Positions 7,689-16,523 of a stretch of 64,000 nt of DNA are shown one piece after another. Position numbers and translations under genes: made by a program. Under the pieces are notes generated by a model. It was not told where the DNA came from. It made no database searches and worked only from the letters and a program-made list of their open reading frames with translations. How positions within the stretch are numbered: position 1 is the stretch's first letter; each line of letters starts with the position of its first letter. Origin of the DNA: Candidatus Limnocylindria bacterium (GTDB lineage: Bacteria > Patescibacteriota > Saccharimonadia > Saccharimonadales > JAGQNK01); assembly GCA_035489815.1 (NCBI GenBank), contig DATHJH010000012.1:1359-65358 (forward strand), in the 5' to 3' direction.

Positions 7689-8150
7689 CTATGAGATATC
7701 CACGATCTTGTAGACGCTTGTTTCTGCCGGAGTCTTGATCTCTACTTCTTGGCCTTCTTTTTTGCCTAGGAGCGCCTGGCCGATGGGCGATTCGTCAGAA
7801 ATCTTGCCATTCAGCGGGTCAGCCTCGACCGTCCCTACCACCTGGAACTCCTTGGACTTGTCCTTGCCGTCCTTCAGTTTGACCACAGATCCTAATTGGA
7901 CTTTGCTGTCGCCTGTTGGCTTTTGGATAATTTCTACGTTCTGAAGGATGTTCTCAATCTCTGAGATACGGCTTTCTACACGCTCCTGTTCCTGTCTGGC
8001 AGACGTGTATTCGGCGTTCTCGCTGAGGTCGCCAAACTCACGGGCGGTCTTGATACGCTCCGCAATCGGGCCGCGCTGTCCCACCAGCCCTTCGTGCTCG
8101 GCTTTCAACTCTTCTACACCCTGCCCGGTCAGGTAAAACTGTTTCTTCAC
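7689..8150 (-). CDS. greA: transcription elongation factor GreA
   Basis: 153 aa. EFGDLSENAEY motif in the coiled-coil N-domain plus a C-terminal FKBP-like domain. GTG start preceded by AAAGGAG. Confidence 0.95.
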   Translation of the reverse strand: MKKQFYLTGQGVEELKAEHEGLVGQRGPIAERIKTAREFGDLSENAEYTSARQEQERVESRISEIENILQNVEIIQKPTGDSKVQLGSVVKLKDGKDKSKEFQVVGTVEADPLNGKISDESPIGQALLGKKEGQEVEIKTPAETSVYKIVDIS

Positions 8151-8198
8151 TAAATAACTCCTTTCTCAGGTAAATCTCGGTCACTCGGATTTACGGCT

Positions 8199-8207
8199 AT
8201 TATATCA
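8199..8207 (-). promoter_or_regulatory. candidate extended -10 promoter for greA
   Basis: The minus strand reads TGATATAAT (TGnTATAAT) just after the proS stop, about 45 nt upstream of the greA start. Confidence 0.4.
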
Positions 8208-8211
8208 AAAT

Positions 8212-9939
8212 TTAAGCTCTAAGTGCTTTAATTATTTCTTCAGCCCCCAGGGATTGATGATCAGCCTCTATACGCTTCTTGAGCTCATGCTTCCCTGCCT
8301 GGACTGTTTTTTCGCTCACTACTATACGGTAAGGAATCCCCAGCAGATCCGCATCCGCGAACTTTTCTCCCGGACGGGCATCTCTGTCATCGTACAGCAC
8401 CGAGACCCCGGCCTCAGTCAGTCGATTATACAGGTCATCGGCCGCAGATACCACCCCTTTTGTGTTTCCGATTGTGTCTCCAAGCCGAACCAGGCAAACC
8501 TTGTACGGCGCAATGTTTTCGGGCCAGACAATCCCCTTGTCGTCATGGTGTGCCTCTACAATGGCGGCCAGAGTCCGGCCAATTCCTATACCGTAACAGC
8601 CCATGTAGTATTTTTGCCGTCTGCCCTGGTCGTCGGTATATTCGGCATCATGCATGAGGTTTGAATAGTGGTAGCCCAGCTGAAAAATATTCCCCACCTC
8701 AATGCCCCGTTTTTCCAGGAGCTCACCACCTTCGGGACTCTTCATACCAGGTTGGGCCAACGCAATATCGGCCTCTATATCCGGCTGATAGTCACGATCA
8801 ATAGTAATATTCAGGAGATCCTGGTGTTTCTTATTGGCGCCACCGTACATGTTATGTACAGTGCGCAGGCTTTTATCGGCCACAATGACCACAGGATAGC
8901 CACTCTTTTTGCCCTTTTTGACCATTTTGACTGGCGATATAAATCCTGGCATGCTGACCAGATCCTCGATAACCTCCTGGTCTGTAGCGGCACGCAAATC
9001 CCACGCATCGGCGACTTGCATCAATTTAGTCTCGTTAACATCAAAGTCCCCTCTAATGACAGCTAAAATATAACGTTTGGTTGCTTCGTCAAAGAAAAGG
9101 ACGTCTTTGGTCTGCTGCCACAGCGGCAGGTTGTGGAGCTTGACGCCTTCCTCCATGGTCTTGCCGCGAACAGCCTCTACCTCTTCCAGCGGTTTGAGTG
9201 GCTCATCGGTGTTTTTTTCATCTATATGAAAAACAGCTACATCCTCATGGGCGCCATAGCCACTCTTTTCGTCTATAAAATAGCGGCTTTCGCCCTCCTG
9301 GCTTTCAGCTACGAACTCGTGGCAATACTCGCCGCCTATGTACCCATTGTCGGCGGCCACTATATCTGTTTTTAGACCAAGTTCCTCAAAAATAGCCGTA
9401 TAGGCATCCCGCATCTGTTGGTAAATTTCCTTGAACTGCCCCTCAGTACTGAAACTGTAGGCGTCCTTCATGACAAACTCGCGCACACGCAGCAGACCGC
9501 CCCGGGCACGCATTTCGTCCCGAAACTTCATAGAAAACTGATAGATATTAAAGGGCAAATCTTTATAACTAATGTTAAATTTGCGTACCAGATCAACTGC
9601 CATTTCCTCGGCTGTGCCGCCTAACGCAAACTCCGCTCCGCGACGATCCTCAATCTTCATTAACTCAAAGCCCGTGGTGGTAGTACGGTTTGTCTCCTTC
9701 CACAGATCCAGCGGGTGCAGGACCGGCATGACCAGCTCTTGCGCGCCTGCCGCATCCATATGTCTTCGAACGATCTTGATAATCCTGTCGTGTACTTTTA
9801 ACCCAAGCGGTAACAGGTAGTACCGTCCTGCTGTTGATTCACGGATGAAGCCAGCTTGAATAAGCAGGCGATGAGAAGAAACCTTATAGTCACGTCCCTC
9901 TGTTTTGCTGGTTTTTCCGAATAACTGTGATGACCTCAT
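8212..9939 (-). CDS. proS: prolyl-tRNA synthetase (bacterial type with editing insertion)
   Basis: 575 aa. Class II motifs (FRDEMRARGGLLRVREF, GCYGIGIGR), an INS-like insertion and a C-terminal anticodon-binding domain. Confidence 0.95.
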   Translation of the reverse strand: MRSSQLFGKTSKTEGRDYKVSSHRLLIQAGFIRESTAGRYYLLPLGLKVHDRIIKIVRRHMDAAGAQELVMPVLHPLDLWKETNRTTTTGFELMKIEDRRGAEFALGGTAEEMAVDLVRKFNISYKDLPFNIYQFSMKFRDEMRARGGLLRVREFVMKDAYSFSTEGQFKEIYQQMRDAYTAIFEELGLKTDIVAADNGYIGGEYCHEFVAESQEGESRYFIDEKSGYGAHEDVAVFHIDEKNTDEPLKPLEEVEAVRGKTMEEGVKLHNLPLWQQTKDVLFFDEATKRYILAVIRGDFDVNETKLMQVADAWDLRAATDQEVIEDLVSMPGFISPVKMVKKGKKSGYPVVIVADKSLRTVHNMYGGANKKHQDLLNITIDRDYQPDIEADIALAQPGMKSPEGGELLEKRGIEVGNIFQLGYHYSNLMHDAEYTDDQGRRQKYYMGCYGIGIGRTLAAIVEAHHDDKGIVWPENIAPYKVCLVRLGDTIGNTKGVVSAADDLYNRLTEAGVSVLYDDRDARPGEKFADADLLGIPYRIVVSEKTVQAGKHELKKRIEADHQSLGAEEIIKALRA

Positions 9940-9940
9940 G

Positions 9941-10192
9941 CTAGATGCTCCTTTTCAGCCTATTGTAACAACCCTGGGGGTCGCTTGACATACTCATCCT
10001 CAAAGCACGCTCGGCGGCATTTGCTATCACTGGATCCAGTTCTGCCTGGGAGTCTATGCACTGTCGCAGTTCATCTGGTTTAATTTCTTCCCAAAAGAGC
10101 CCGTCTCCCAGTGCCTCTGCAATCCTATCTTCTCTATCAATCTCACCTTTACCTTCGCCTACAGCCCCTAATCCAAAAGCTTCTAAATCCAT
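9941..10192 (-). CDS. hypothetical small acidic protein
   Basis: 83-aa ORF whose stop abuts the proS start (likely co-translated). GAGG lies upstream of the ATG. No family recognised. Confidence 0.4.
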   Translation of the reverse strand: MDLEAFGLGAVGEGKGEIDREDRIAEALGDGLFWEEIKPDELRQCIDSQAELDPVIANAAERALRMSMSSDPQGCYNRLKRSI

Positions 10193-10338
10193 TTCCTGAC
10201 CTCATTAAAAATCCCTCGGGGTTAACGAGGGCTACTGTTTACAAATATTTTATCAATGTATAAAGTTAGCGCCCCTTGTCGGGCGGTGTCGGGTTAGCAA
10301 CGGTGTGTCTAACTTTGCTATACATACGCCGGATTATA
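10193..10338 (-). promoter_or_regulatory. candidate promoter plus structured leader/attenuator of the orf83-proS operon
   Basis: The minus strand carries TGGTATAAT (10333-10341). Next is a roughly 65-nt stem-loop (10258-10323, GTATAGCAAAGTTAG...CTAACTTTATAC with two alternative CTAAC partners). Then comes the hairpin CCCTCG/CGAGGG (10213-10231) followed by ATTTTTAAT, with GAGG and the ATG after it. Confidence 0.3.
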
Positions 10339-10343
10339 CCACC

Positions 10344-11141
10344 TCAGAATTTGAAGACAAACAGCAGCAAAAAAGCCATGCCGTTTTTGATCATGTGAAC
10401 CAGGATGGGCGACCAAAGGCTAGCGGTCTTTTCCCGGAGGTAGACTAGGATGAGTGACAGCACAAAGGTATCAAGGGCCGCCACCCACAGCAGGCTGGTG
10501 CCGCTGCCCCATTGGAGGTGGGCCGCCGCAAAAAGTATGCTGGTGATAACCGCCGCCGCCCCTTTTGATAACCTGCTTCGTAAGCCGGTGTAGAGGAATC
10601 CCCGGGCCACGATTTCCTCTGTGATGGGCGGGAGGATAACCAGGCTGGCGAAGATAAAGCCAAGCGCCATGCCGGTAGTTTCTTTACTAAAGCCGATTTC
10701 TTGTTCCTGCTCCAGGTCAAGTCCGGGCAAAAACGTCTTAGCCAGCGTAGAAATAGCTATAAATGCCGCAAAATACACCGCATAGCCCGCGAGAGCATAG
10801 CCGATGTCCCGTGCCGCGGGCTTTACCAGGCCGATCTTCTGGAGGGCAACCTTCCTTGTCCGCAGAAACAGCCAGATAAGGTAGAGCGTTGTTACTTCTA
10901 CCAGCAAAATGGCGAAGAACTGTGCAAAAACAGAACCGCTTAACCACGCCTCCAACTGCTGGGTACTCCAGTCGTTTGCAAGCGGGATCAGCGACACCAA
11001 CACGCCAACAAGAACCTGCGAGGCAAAGTATACCCCGACCGTCACCACAGCGGCAGCAACCGGTCCATATCCAGAACGCGTACGCCGAGGTGATTGCTTG
11101 AATTGTTCCATTACTTCCAGTTTAGAAGAATCTGCGGACAT
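10344..11141 (-). CDS. CPBP family intramembrane glutamic endopeptidase (CAAX protease/Abi)
   Basis: 265 aa, polytopic. EEIVARGFLY and FAAAHL motifs. Confidence 0.85.
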   Translation of the reverse strand: MSADSSKLEVMEQFKQSPRRTRSGYGPVAAAVVTVGVYFASQVLVGVLVSLIPLANDWSTQQLEAWLSGSVFAQFFAILLVEVTTLYLIWLFLRTRKVALQKIGLVKPAARDIGYALAGYAVYFAAFIAISTLAKTFLPGLDLEQEQEIGFSKETTGMALGFIFASLVILPPITEEIVARGFLYTGLRSRLSKGAAAVITSILFAAAHLQWGSGTSLLWVAALDTFVLSLILVYLREKTASLWSPILVHMIKNGMAFLLLFVFKF

Positions 11142-12237
11142 CTACTACCGTGATGACCACAAACAGTAGCATCAAAAAGGCGAAACCACCGCCATGAATA
11201 AGATCTTCTGTTTTTTTGGCAAGCGGTCTACGAACGGCGCGAAATACAAGTGTTACAAAAAGCCGGCCGCCATCCAGGGCCGGAATGGGCAGGACATTCA
11301 TAATAGCCAGCGTCAGGGAAATAATGGCTATGATAAGCAACACGAACTGGTAGCCCAACAAGCTGCCGTCCTTTAGGATCACAAAGATCCCTACTGGCCC
11401 CGCCACCTGTTCACTTGCTTTACCGCCCTCACCTCTGAAGACACTTGCTAGCGCACTGCCCAGCCCCTTGAAGGTCTGTACTGTAAACTGCTTGATCAGC
11501 CCGCCAGCAACAATCGGTGCCGACCAGGTAGAGCGATTAATAATATATTCGCTGGGCCCTACGCCCAGGTAGCCTTTTGGCTGATCGGTCTGCTTGCTGG
11601 CCTCTACTTCGGCCTGGCTGCGCAGCTGCGCAGAGGTTGACCTTTCCTGCCCATCCCGTTGGTAGGTAATAGCAACGTTTTTCCCGGCCAACTGTTGGGT
11701 AGCAGTAGGAAAGTCCTCTGCAGTCTGTATCCGCTGGCCGTCAACGCCGAGCAACTGATCACGAACCTGCAAGCCAGCTTTTTCTGCTGGCGAACCAGAC
11801 TCCACGTGCGCTACGAGCACCTGCTGTTTTACTACCTTGGTGTCGCTGGTCACGGTAAACTGATTTTCGATGAGTTTTGGCATACCGGCAAGCGCAACAA
11901 GAGTCAGCAGCGCAAACGCCGTAACCAGGTTCATGACAACACCGGCCACCATAATCTTTACCTTGGTAGACAAACTGGCCGCGCCAAAGCTGCCTTTAGC
12001 TGTATCGGCATCATTTTCGCCCTTTAGTTTTACAAAACCGCCCAGCGGCAAGGCATTTATAGAAAAATCGTAGTCGCCCTTTGGACTTTTGACCCTCTTT
12101 GCCCACACACGCGGCGGAAAACCAATGCCAAATTCCTCTACCTCCACTCCCCCGCGGCGGGCCATAATGAAGTGCCCGAACTCGTGCACCACAACCAGGC
12201 CAATGAACATGACTATCCCAAGTATAAGTAAGATCAT
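11122..12237 (-). CDS. rseP: RIP metalloprotease RseP (site-2 protease, M50) with PDZ domain
   Basis: 371 aa. HEFGHF zinc motif in TM1, central PDZ (GSPAEKAGLQVRDQLL), NVLPIPALDGG motif. Confidence 0.9.
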   Translation of the reverse strand: MILLILGIVMFIGLVVVHEFGHFIMARRGGVEVEEFGIGFPPRVWAKRVKSPKGDYDFSINALPLGGFVKLKGENDADTAKGSFGAASLSTKVKIMVAGVVMNLVTAFALLTLVALAGMPKLIENQFTVTSDTKVVKQQVLVAHVESGSPAEKAGLQVRDQLLGVDGQRIQTAEDFPTATQQLAGKNVAITYQRDGQERSTSAQLRSQAEVEASKQTDQPKGYLGVGPSEYIINRSTWSAPIVAGGLIKQFTVQTFKGLGSALASVFRGEGGKASEQVAGPVGIFVILKDGSLLGYQFVLLIIAIISLTLAIMNVLPIPALDGGRLFVTLVFRAVRRPLAKKTEDLIHGGGFAFLMLLFVVITVVDVRRFF

Positions 12238-12294
12238 ACAGGTTTAAAGTATAACTGTTTTAGAATCTTTCTCAAACCCAATCATAGGCAAAAG

Positions 12295-12864
12295 CTAAAC
12301 AGTCATAATTTCTGACTCTTTAGCCTTCTGGGCAGTTTCTGCGTCGGATTTTGCCTGAGCCATGGCATCATCAACTTGTTTTTCCAGGCGCTTCGCGTCA
12401 TCCTCGCCAACTTCTTTATCCTTTTTAGCCTGGTCAATTGACTTCAGCGCGTCGTGACGAACGTTACGGAGTGATACCATGCAGTCTTCCACCTTGCCCC
12501 CAACGAGTTTCACGTATTCACGGCGACGGTCTTCAGTCAGGGGCGGAATGGGTACACGCACCACCCGGCCGTCATCCATAGGGTTCATGCCAAGCGAAGG
12601 GTTAGTACGGATAGCATTAGAAATCGCTGCCAGGTTATTGGGGTCAAAGGGCGTAATCTGCAGCAGCTGTGCTTCCGGTGCACTGACACTTGCCACCTGA
12701 ATGAGGGGCATCGGCGTACCGTAAGCCTCCACCATAACCCCATCAAGCATGCTGGGGTGTGCCCGACCAGTACGAACTTTCTTCAGTTCATCTTGAAAAT
12801 GCGTCACTGCTTGCTGGAACTTTGATTTTGCTTGATCTACAATTTGATTTGGATCCATACTCAT
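12295..12864 (-). CDS. frr: ribosome recycling factor
   Basis: 189 aa with full-length RRF pattern (LKKVRTGRAHPSMLD, PPLTEDRRREYVK). Confidence 0.95.
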   Translation of the reverse strand: MSMDPNQIVDQAKSKFQQAVTHFQDELKKVRTGRAHPSMLDGVMVEAYGTPMPLIQVASVSAPEAQLLQITPFDPNNLAAISNAIRTNPSLGMNPMDDGRVVRVPIPPLTEDRRREYVKLVGGKVEDCMVSLRNVRHDALKSIDQAKKDKEVGEDDAKRLEKQVDDAMAQAKSDAETAQKAKESEIMTV

Positions 12865-12880
12865 TATTCTACACTGCCGC

Positions 12881-13366
12881 TTACTTTAGCAGAGGATTCC
12901 TGTTTCTTGTAGCGATCAAAACTACACCCGCTAAAACGAATGCTACCGCTGCCGCAGTTAGTCCTCTTGTAACTTTCTCACCTTGAGTATCGCCTATAGA
13001 ATCTTCTGCCGATTGCACAAATTCGTAGTCGACATGGCCAGCAACTACCCCCCTCTCATCCTCGGGTGTACCAGCTATATCTTTCGCAAATTTCTCCGTG
13101 TCACAAGCATTATCCGGAGCTTCGTCTTGATGCGCTTGGCTTGACCCTGCAGTCTCCAAGCCCACCGGATCTAACTCTACAACACCAACAGCGATGCCTT
13201 GATCGCTAACGCTAGGCTCATACTCTTCCGTATCAGCTACGCATGCCGCAAAATTTTCGTATCGTGCCCTTGCCGCATCGTCACCATTGTACGTTGCAAA
13301 GTTGCCAATACCCACGCCAGTAGCAAGAGTAGTGGCGTATGCTAAGCCATGTGCGAACTTTTCCAT
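12881..13366 (-). CDS. hypothetical acidic protein with C-terminal membrane anchor
   Basis: 161 aa, Asp/Glu-rich, ending in the hydrophobic helix LTAAAVAFVLAGVVLIA plus the basic tail TRNRN. No LPXTG motif and no family recognised. Confidence 0.45.
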   Translation of the reverse strand: MEKFAHGLAYATTLATGVGIGNFATYNGDDAARARYENFAACVADTEEYEPSVSDQGIAVGVVELDPVGLETAGSSQAHQDEAPDNACDTEKFAKDIAGTPEDERGVVAGHVDYEFVQSAEDSIGDTQGEKVTRGLTAAAVAFVLAGVVLIATRNRNPLLK

Positions 13367-13389
13367 ACTTTCTCCTTAAGCTACAAACT

Positions 13390-13989
13390 TTACTGGACTT
13401 CGCCTAGTGCCATGCGGCTGAAGCGTCTTACTATAATATTTTCACCAAGCTTGGCGATGCCTTCTTTGACGTAGTCACCTACTGTTTGGTCAGGATTTCT
13501 AACAAACGGCTGGTCAAGCAGACAACGCTCGGCAAAGTGCTTCTTCAGCATGCCGCTTGCAATGTTGTCTATCATGTTCTCTGGCTTGCCGTCGGCCTTG
13601 GCCTTTTCTGTAAACTCTGCCTTTTTGGCTGCCTTAGCTTCTTCCGTAACCGCATCGGCAGACACAAATTCAGGTGAACTTGCCGCAATGTGCATAGCAA
13701 TGTCCTTGACCAGTGCCACAAACTCGTCTGTCTTGGCTACAAATTCGGTTTCGCAGTTTATTTCTACCAGTACACCTATACGGTTGTCATGGTTATAAGT
13801 GCCTACAATCCCGGCGCGGGCCTCGCGCTCGCCGCGCTTCTCGGCCTTGGTCAGGCCTTTTTTGCGCATGGCTGCCAGAGCTTTGTCAAAATCACCATCA
13901 GCTTCTACCAGGGCGGCCTTGGCATCTGTAATGCCTACGCCAGTCAGCTCGCGCAGGCGCTTGATTTCTTCAATTGAGATGGAAGCCAT
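13390..13989 (-). CDS. tsf: elongation factor Ts (short form)
   Basis: Start trimmed to MASISIEEIKRLRELTGVGITDAKAALVE (UBA-like N-domain). The ATG lies 1 nt after the rpsB stop. 199 aa. Confidence 0.9.
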   Translation of the reverse strand: MASISIEEIKRLRELTGVGITDAKAALVEADGDFDKALAAMRKKGLTKAEKRGEREARAGIVGTYNHDNRIGVLVEINCETEFVAKTDEFVALVKDIAMHIAASSPEFVSADAVTEEAKAAKKAEFTEKAKADGKPENMIDNIASGMLKKHFAERCLLDQPFVRNPDQTVGDYVKEGIAKLGENIIVRRFSRMALGEVQ

Positions 13990-13990
13990 T

Positions 13991-14743
13991 TTACTTTTCC
14001 CCGCCCTTCCCTTCAGTTTTTTCTTCGGTTTCTTTGTCTGCCTTTTTGGCATGCTTATTTTTACCGGCTTCTATGGCTGCCTGAACGTAGTCTACGACCA
14101 GCTTGATAGCCTTAATGGCATCGTCATTGCAAGGGATGGGGTAGGTCACCTGGCTTGGATCGGCGTTGGTGTCTACCAGCGCGACAACCGGTATGCCTAG
14201 TTTTTTTGCTTCGCGAACAGCGTTCACATCGTGTGTTATGTCAGTTACAAATACTGCGCCCGGTCGAGCCGCCAGGTTCTTGATGCCGCCGTACAGGTGG
14301 TTCATCTCTTCGATTTCTTCCTGGTAGCGTTGGACCTCAAGCTTGTTGTACTTGGCGGCCAGTTGGCCGTTTTCCATCTTGGCTTCCTGGTCCTTCAGGT
14401 ACTTGATGCGACCACCAATGGTATTGCGGTTCGTCATCATGCCGCCCAGCCACCGTTCAACTACAAAAGGCTGACCAGTTGCTTCCGCAGCTTCCTTGAC
14501 GATGTCATGCGCTTGGCGTTTGGTCCCCACCAGCAAGACCTGTTTGCCTTCGCTGGAAACTTTTTCTATAAATGCCAGAGCAGTTTCCAACGCATCAACT
14601 GTTTGTGTCAGGTCTATGATGTGGCTGCCACCGCGCTTGCTGTGAATATACGGTGCCATCTTTGGGTGCCAACGGCTGGTCTTGTGGCCAAAGTGTGCGC
14701 CGGCTTCTAATAGTTTTTTAATGTCTACATCAACAGTAGCCAT
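13991..14743 (-). CDS. rpsB: 30S ribosomal protein S2
   Basis: 250 aa. LLEAGAHFGHKTSRWHPKM and the rest of the sequence match the S2 pattern, with a Lys/Glu-rich C-tail. Confidence 0.95.
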   Translation of the reverse strand: MATVDVDIKKLLEAGAHFGHKTSRWHPKMAPYIHSKRGGSHIIDLTQTVDALETALAFIEKVSSEGKQVLLVGTKRQAHDIVKEAAEATGQPFVVERWLGGMMTNRNTIGGRIKYLKDQEAKMENGQLAAKYNKLEVQRYQEEIEEMNHLYGGIKNLAARPGAVFVTDITHDVNAVREAKKLGIPVVALVDTNADPSQVTYPIPCNDDAIKAIKLVVDYVQAAIEAGKNKHAKKADKETEEKTEGKGGEK

Positions 14744-14825
14744 AGTAGGTAAATCCTTTCATTCTTCACGGATGAGCAACCACATCGCTTCTGGAGCCAG
14801 ATAACGACAGGAAGGATTTTCTCTC
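14744..14825 (-). promoter_or_regulatory. rpsB leader with anti-Shine-Dalgarno pairing
   Basis: On the minus-strand RNA, AAAUCCUU (14812-14819) is complementary to AAGGAUUU (14751-14758). The latter contains the rpsB SD, 7 nt upstream of the ATG. Confidence 0.3.
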
Positions 14826-14873
14826 CCGCTGATTAATTAAGTTACCCATCAAGCTTAACAGATAGCTAACAGA

Positions 14874-14902
14874 TTGACAATAGCTGGGATTTGATATACA
14901 GT
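14874..14902 (+). promoter_or_regulatory. candidate sigma70-type promoter for rpmE
   Basis: TTGACA (14874-14879), 17-nt spacer, TACAGT (14897-14902). Confidence 0.35.
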
Positions 14903-14979
14903 AACCTGGTTAAAAGCTGACTGCAGTGAAGCTCGCTGCTAACCGGCTTCAACTACTAATGAGCCCTAAGGATACTTCC

Positions 14980-15333
14980 ATGAAAAAAGATTTGCATCCG
15001 GCGAACTACCGCCCCGTAGTTTTCCAGGACCTTAACGACAGCACGACTTTCTTAACCAAGTCTACCGTTGCAACTGACGACACTATTACGCTTGACGGTG
15101 TTGAGTACCCTTTGGTCAAAGTTCACATCTCCAGCGCATCTCACCCGTTCTACACCGGCAACGAAAAACTTCTGGACATCGAAGGCCGCGTAGACAAATT
15201 CAAGGCACGTCAGGAAGCAGCCAAGGCCCGCGCAGAAGCCATGAAAGCTCGTGCCCAGAAGACCCGTGCCAAGTCCCCCAAGGCTGAAGAAACCCAAAAA
15301 ATAGGTACGCTTAAGCGCAAAGACAACAAATAG
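14980..15333 (+). CDS. rpmE: 50S ribosomal protein L31, type B (no CxxC), with Lys/Ala-rich C-terminal extension
   Basis: Start trimmed to [15 protein letters not shown] (AAGGA upstream). [10 protein letters not shown] motif, no cysteines. About 45 extra basic residues at the C-terminus. Confidence 0.9.
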   Translation: MKKDLHPANYRPVVFQDLNDSTTFLTKSTVATDDTITLDGVEYPLVKVHISSASHPFYTGNEKLLDIEGRVDKFKARQEAAKARAEAMKARAQKTRAKSPKAEETQKIGTLKRKDNK

Positions 15334-15344
15334 CCTCCGCACCA

Positions 15345-15385
15345 GAAACCACCTTCTATGTTTATAGGAGGTGGTTTTCTATATA
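15345..15385 (+). terminator. intrinsic terminator of rpmE
   Basis: Stem GAAACCACCT/AGGTGGTTT(T)C with an 11-14 nt loop, followed by a TTTTCT run, immediately after the rpmE stop. Confidence 0.6.
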
Positions 15386-15398
15386 CTAAAGGATATCT

Positions 15399-16460
15399 AT
15401 GGACCAAAAAGAACAAGCCCTCAGAGAAGAACTCGCCGCCCTGCAAGCCAGGCTGCAAGACCCTGCTATTTTTTCATCCAAAGAATACCCTAAAATGGCT
15501 CGACGCCAGAAACAACTCGAAGACACAGTAAGTCTCTTTGACAAGATAGAAAAGCTGGAAAAACAATCTGAGGCTGCATACTCCTTGATTGAAGATAGCG
15601 ATGATGAGGAGATGCGTATTCTCGCAACGGCCGAGTATTCCGAGCTTGCCGAAGACCTCCAGCAAGCTGAGTACGATTTATCTGTTCTTTTGACACCAAA
15701 GGACCCTAACGACGAACGCGATGCCATAGTGGAAATCCGCGCAGCTGCCGGCGGTGATGAATCCAGCCTATTCGCCGGGGAACTCTACCGCATGTATGTG
15801 CGCTGGTCAGAAACCCACCAGTACAAAACAGAGCTGTTGAGCGAAAGCCCTAATGAAGTCGGCGGCTTCAAAGAAGTCATCTTTGCTGTTCGCGGTGAAG
15901 ATGCCTACCACAAGCTCAAGTTTGAGGCTGGCGTTCACCGCGTGCAGCGGGTTCCGGCGACCGAATCCCAGGGGCGCATTCATACCAGCACCGTCACGGT
16001 TTCTGTGCTGCCAGAAGCTGAAGAAACAGATATCGAGATCAGTCCCAGCGACCTGCGCATAGATGTCTACCGCTCCAGCGGGCACGGTGGTCAAAGCGTA
16101 AACACTACTGATTCGGCCGTACGCATCACCCACCTGCCGACCGGTATGGTAGTAACCTGTCAGGATGAAAAATCGCAAATAAAAAACAAAGAGAAGGCGC
16201 TGGGAGTGCTTCGTTCACGCCTCTTGCAGATGAAGCTGGAAGAAGAGCAAAAACAGCTGTCCGATGCCCGCAAAAAACTCATTGGTTCTGGTGACCGCAG
16301 CGAAAAAATCCGTACCTACAACTTCCCCCAGGACCGCATAACCGACCACCGCATTGGCTACAGCCGGAGCAATATTCCAGTTGCGTTAGCCGGAGATATC
16401 GATGATATAATTAATCATCTGCACGAGTACGAACGCCAACTTTTAACCCAGGAAAATTGA
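15399..16460 (+). CDS. prfA: peptide chain release factor 1
   Basis: 353 aa. PAT tripeptide ([14 protein letters not shown]) and GGQ motif (SGHGGQSVN). Confidence 0.95.
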   Translation: MDQKEQALREELAALQARLQDPAIFSSKEYPKMARRQKQLEDTVSLFDKIEKLEKQSEAAYSLIEDSDDEEMRILATAEYSELAEDLQQAEYDLSVLLTPKDPNDERDAIVEIRAAAGGDESSLFAGELYRMYVRWSETHQYKTELLSESPNEVGGFKEVIFAVRGEDAYHKLKFEAGVHRVQRVPATESQGRIHTSTVTVSVLPEAEETDIEISPSDLRIDVYRSSGHGGQSVNTTDSAVRITHLPTGMVVTCQDEKSQIKNKEKALGVLRSRLLQMKLEEEQKQLSDARKKLIGSGDRSEKIRTYNFPQDRITDHRIGYSRSNIPVALAGDIDDIINHLHEYERQLLTQEN

Positions 16461-16523
16461 GAAAACCATGCCCAGTACCTCCACCCTGCTCCCACCGGCA
16501 CGTCCGGGCTGGGAGCAACAGAA

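Noticed and set aside
10193-10343. T-box riboswitch upstream of proS
   Set aside because: The spacer (151 nt) is too short. I see no specifier-loop, AGAGA or T-box (UGGNACC-type) motifs. It is reported only as an unclassified structured leader.
16461-16523. Hairpin GCTCCCA...TGGGAGC between prfA and prmC as a terminator
   Set aside because: There is no U-tract, and prfA-prmC are normally co-transcribed. It may be an mRNA structure, but the evidence is insufficient for a feature call.
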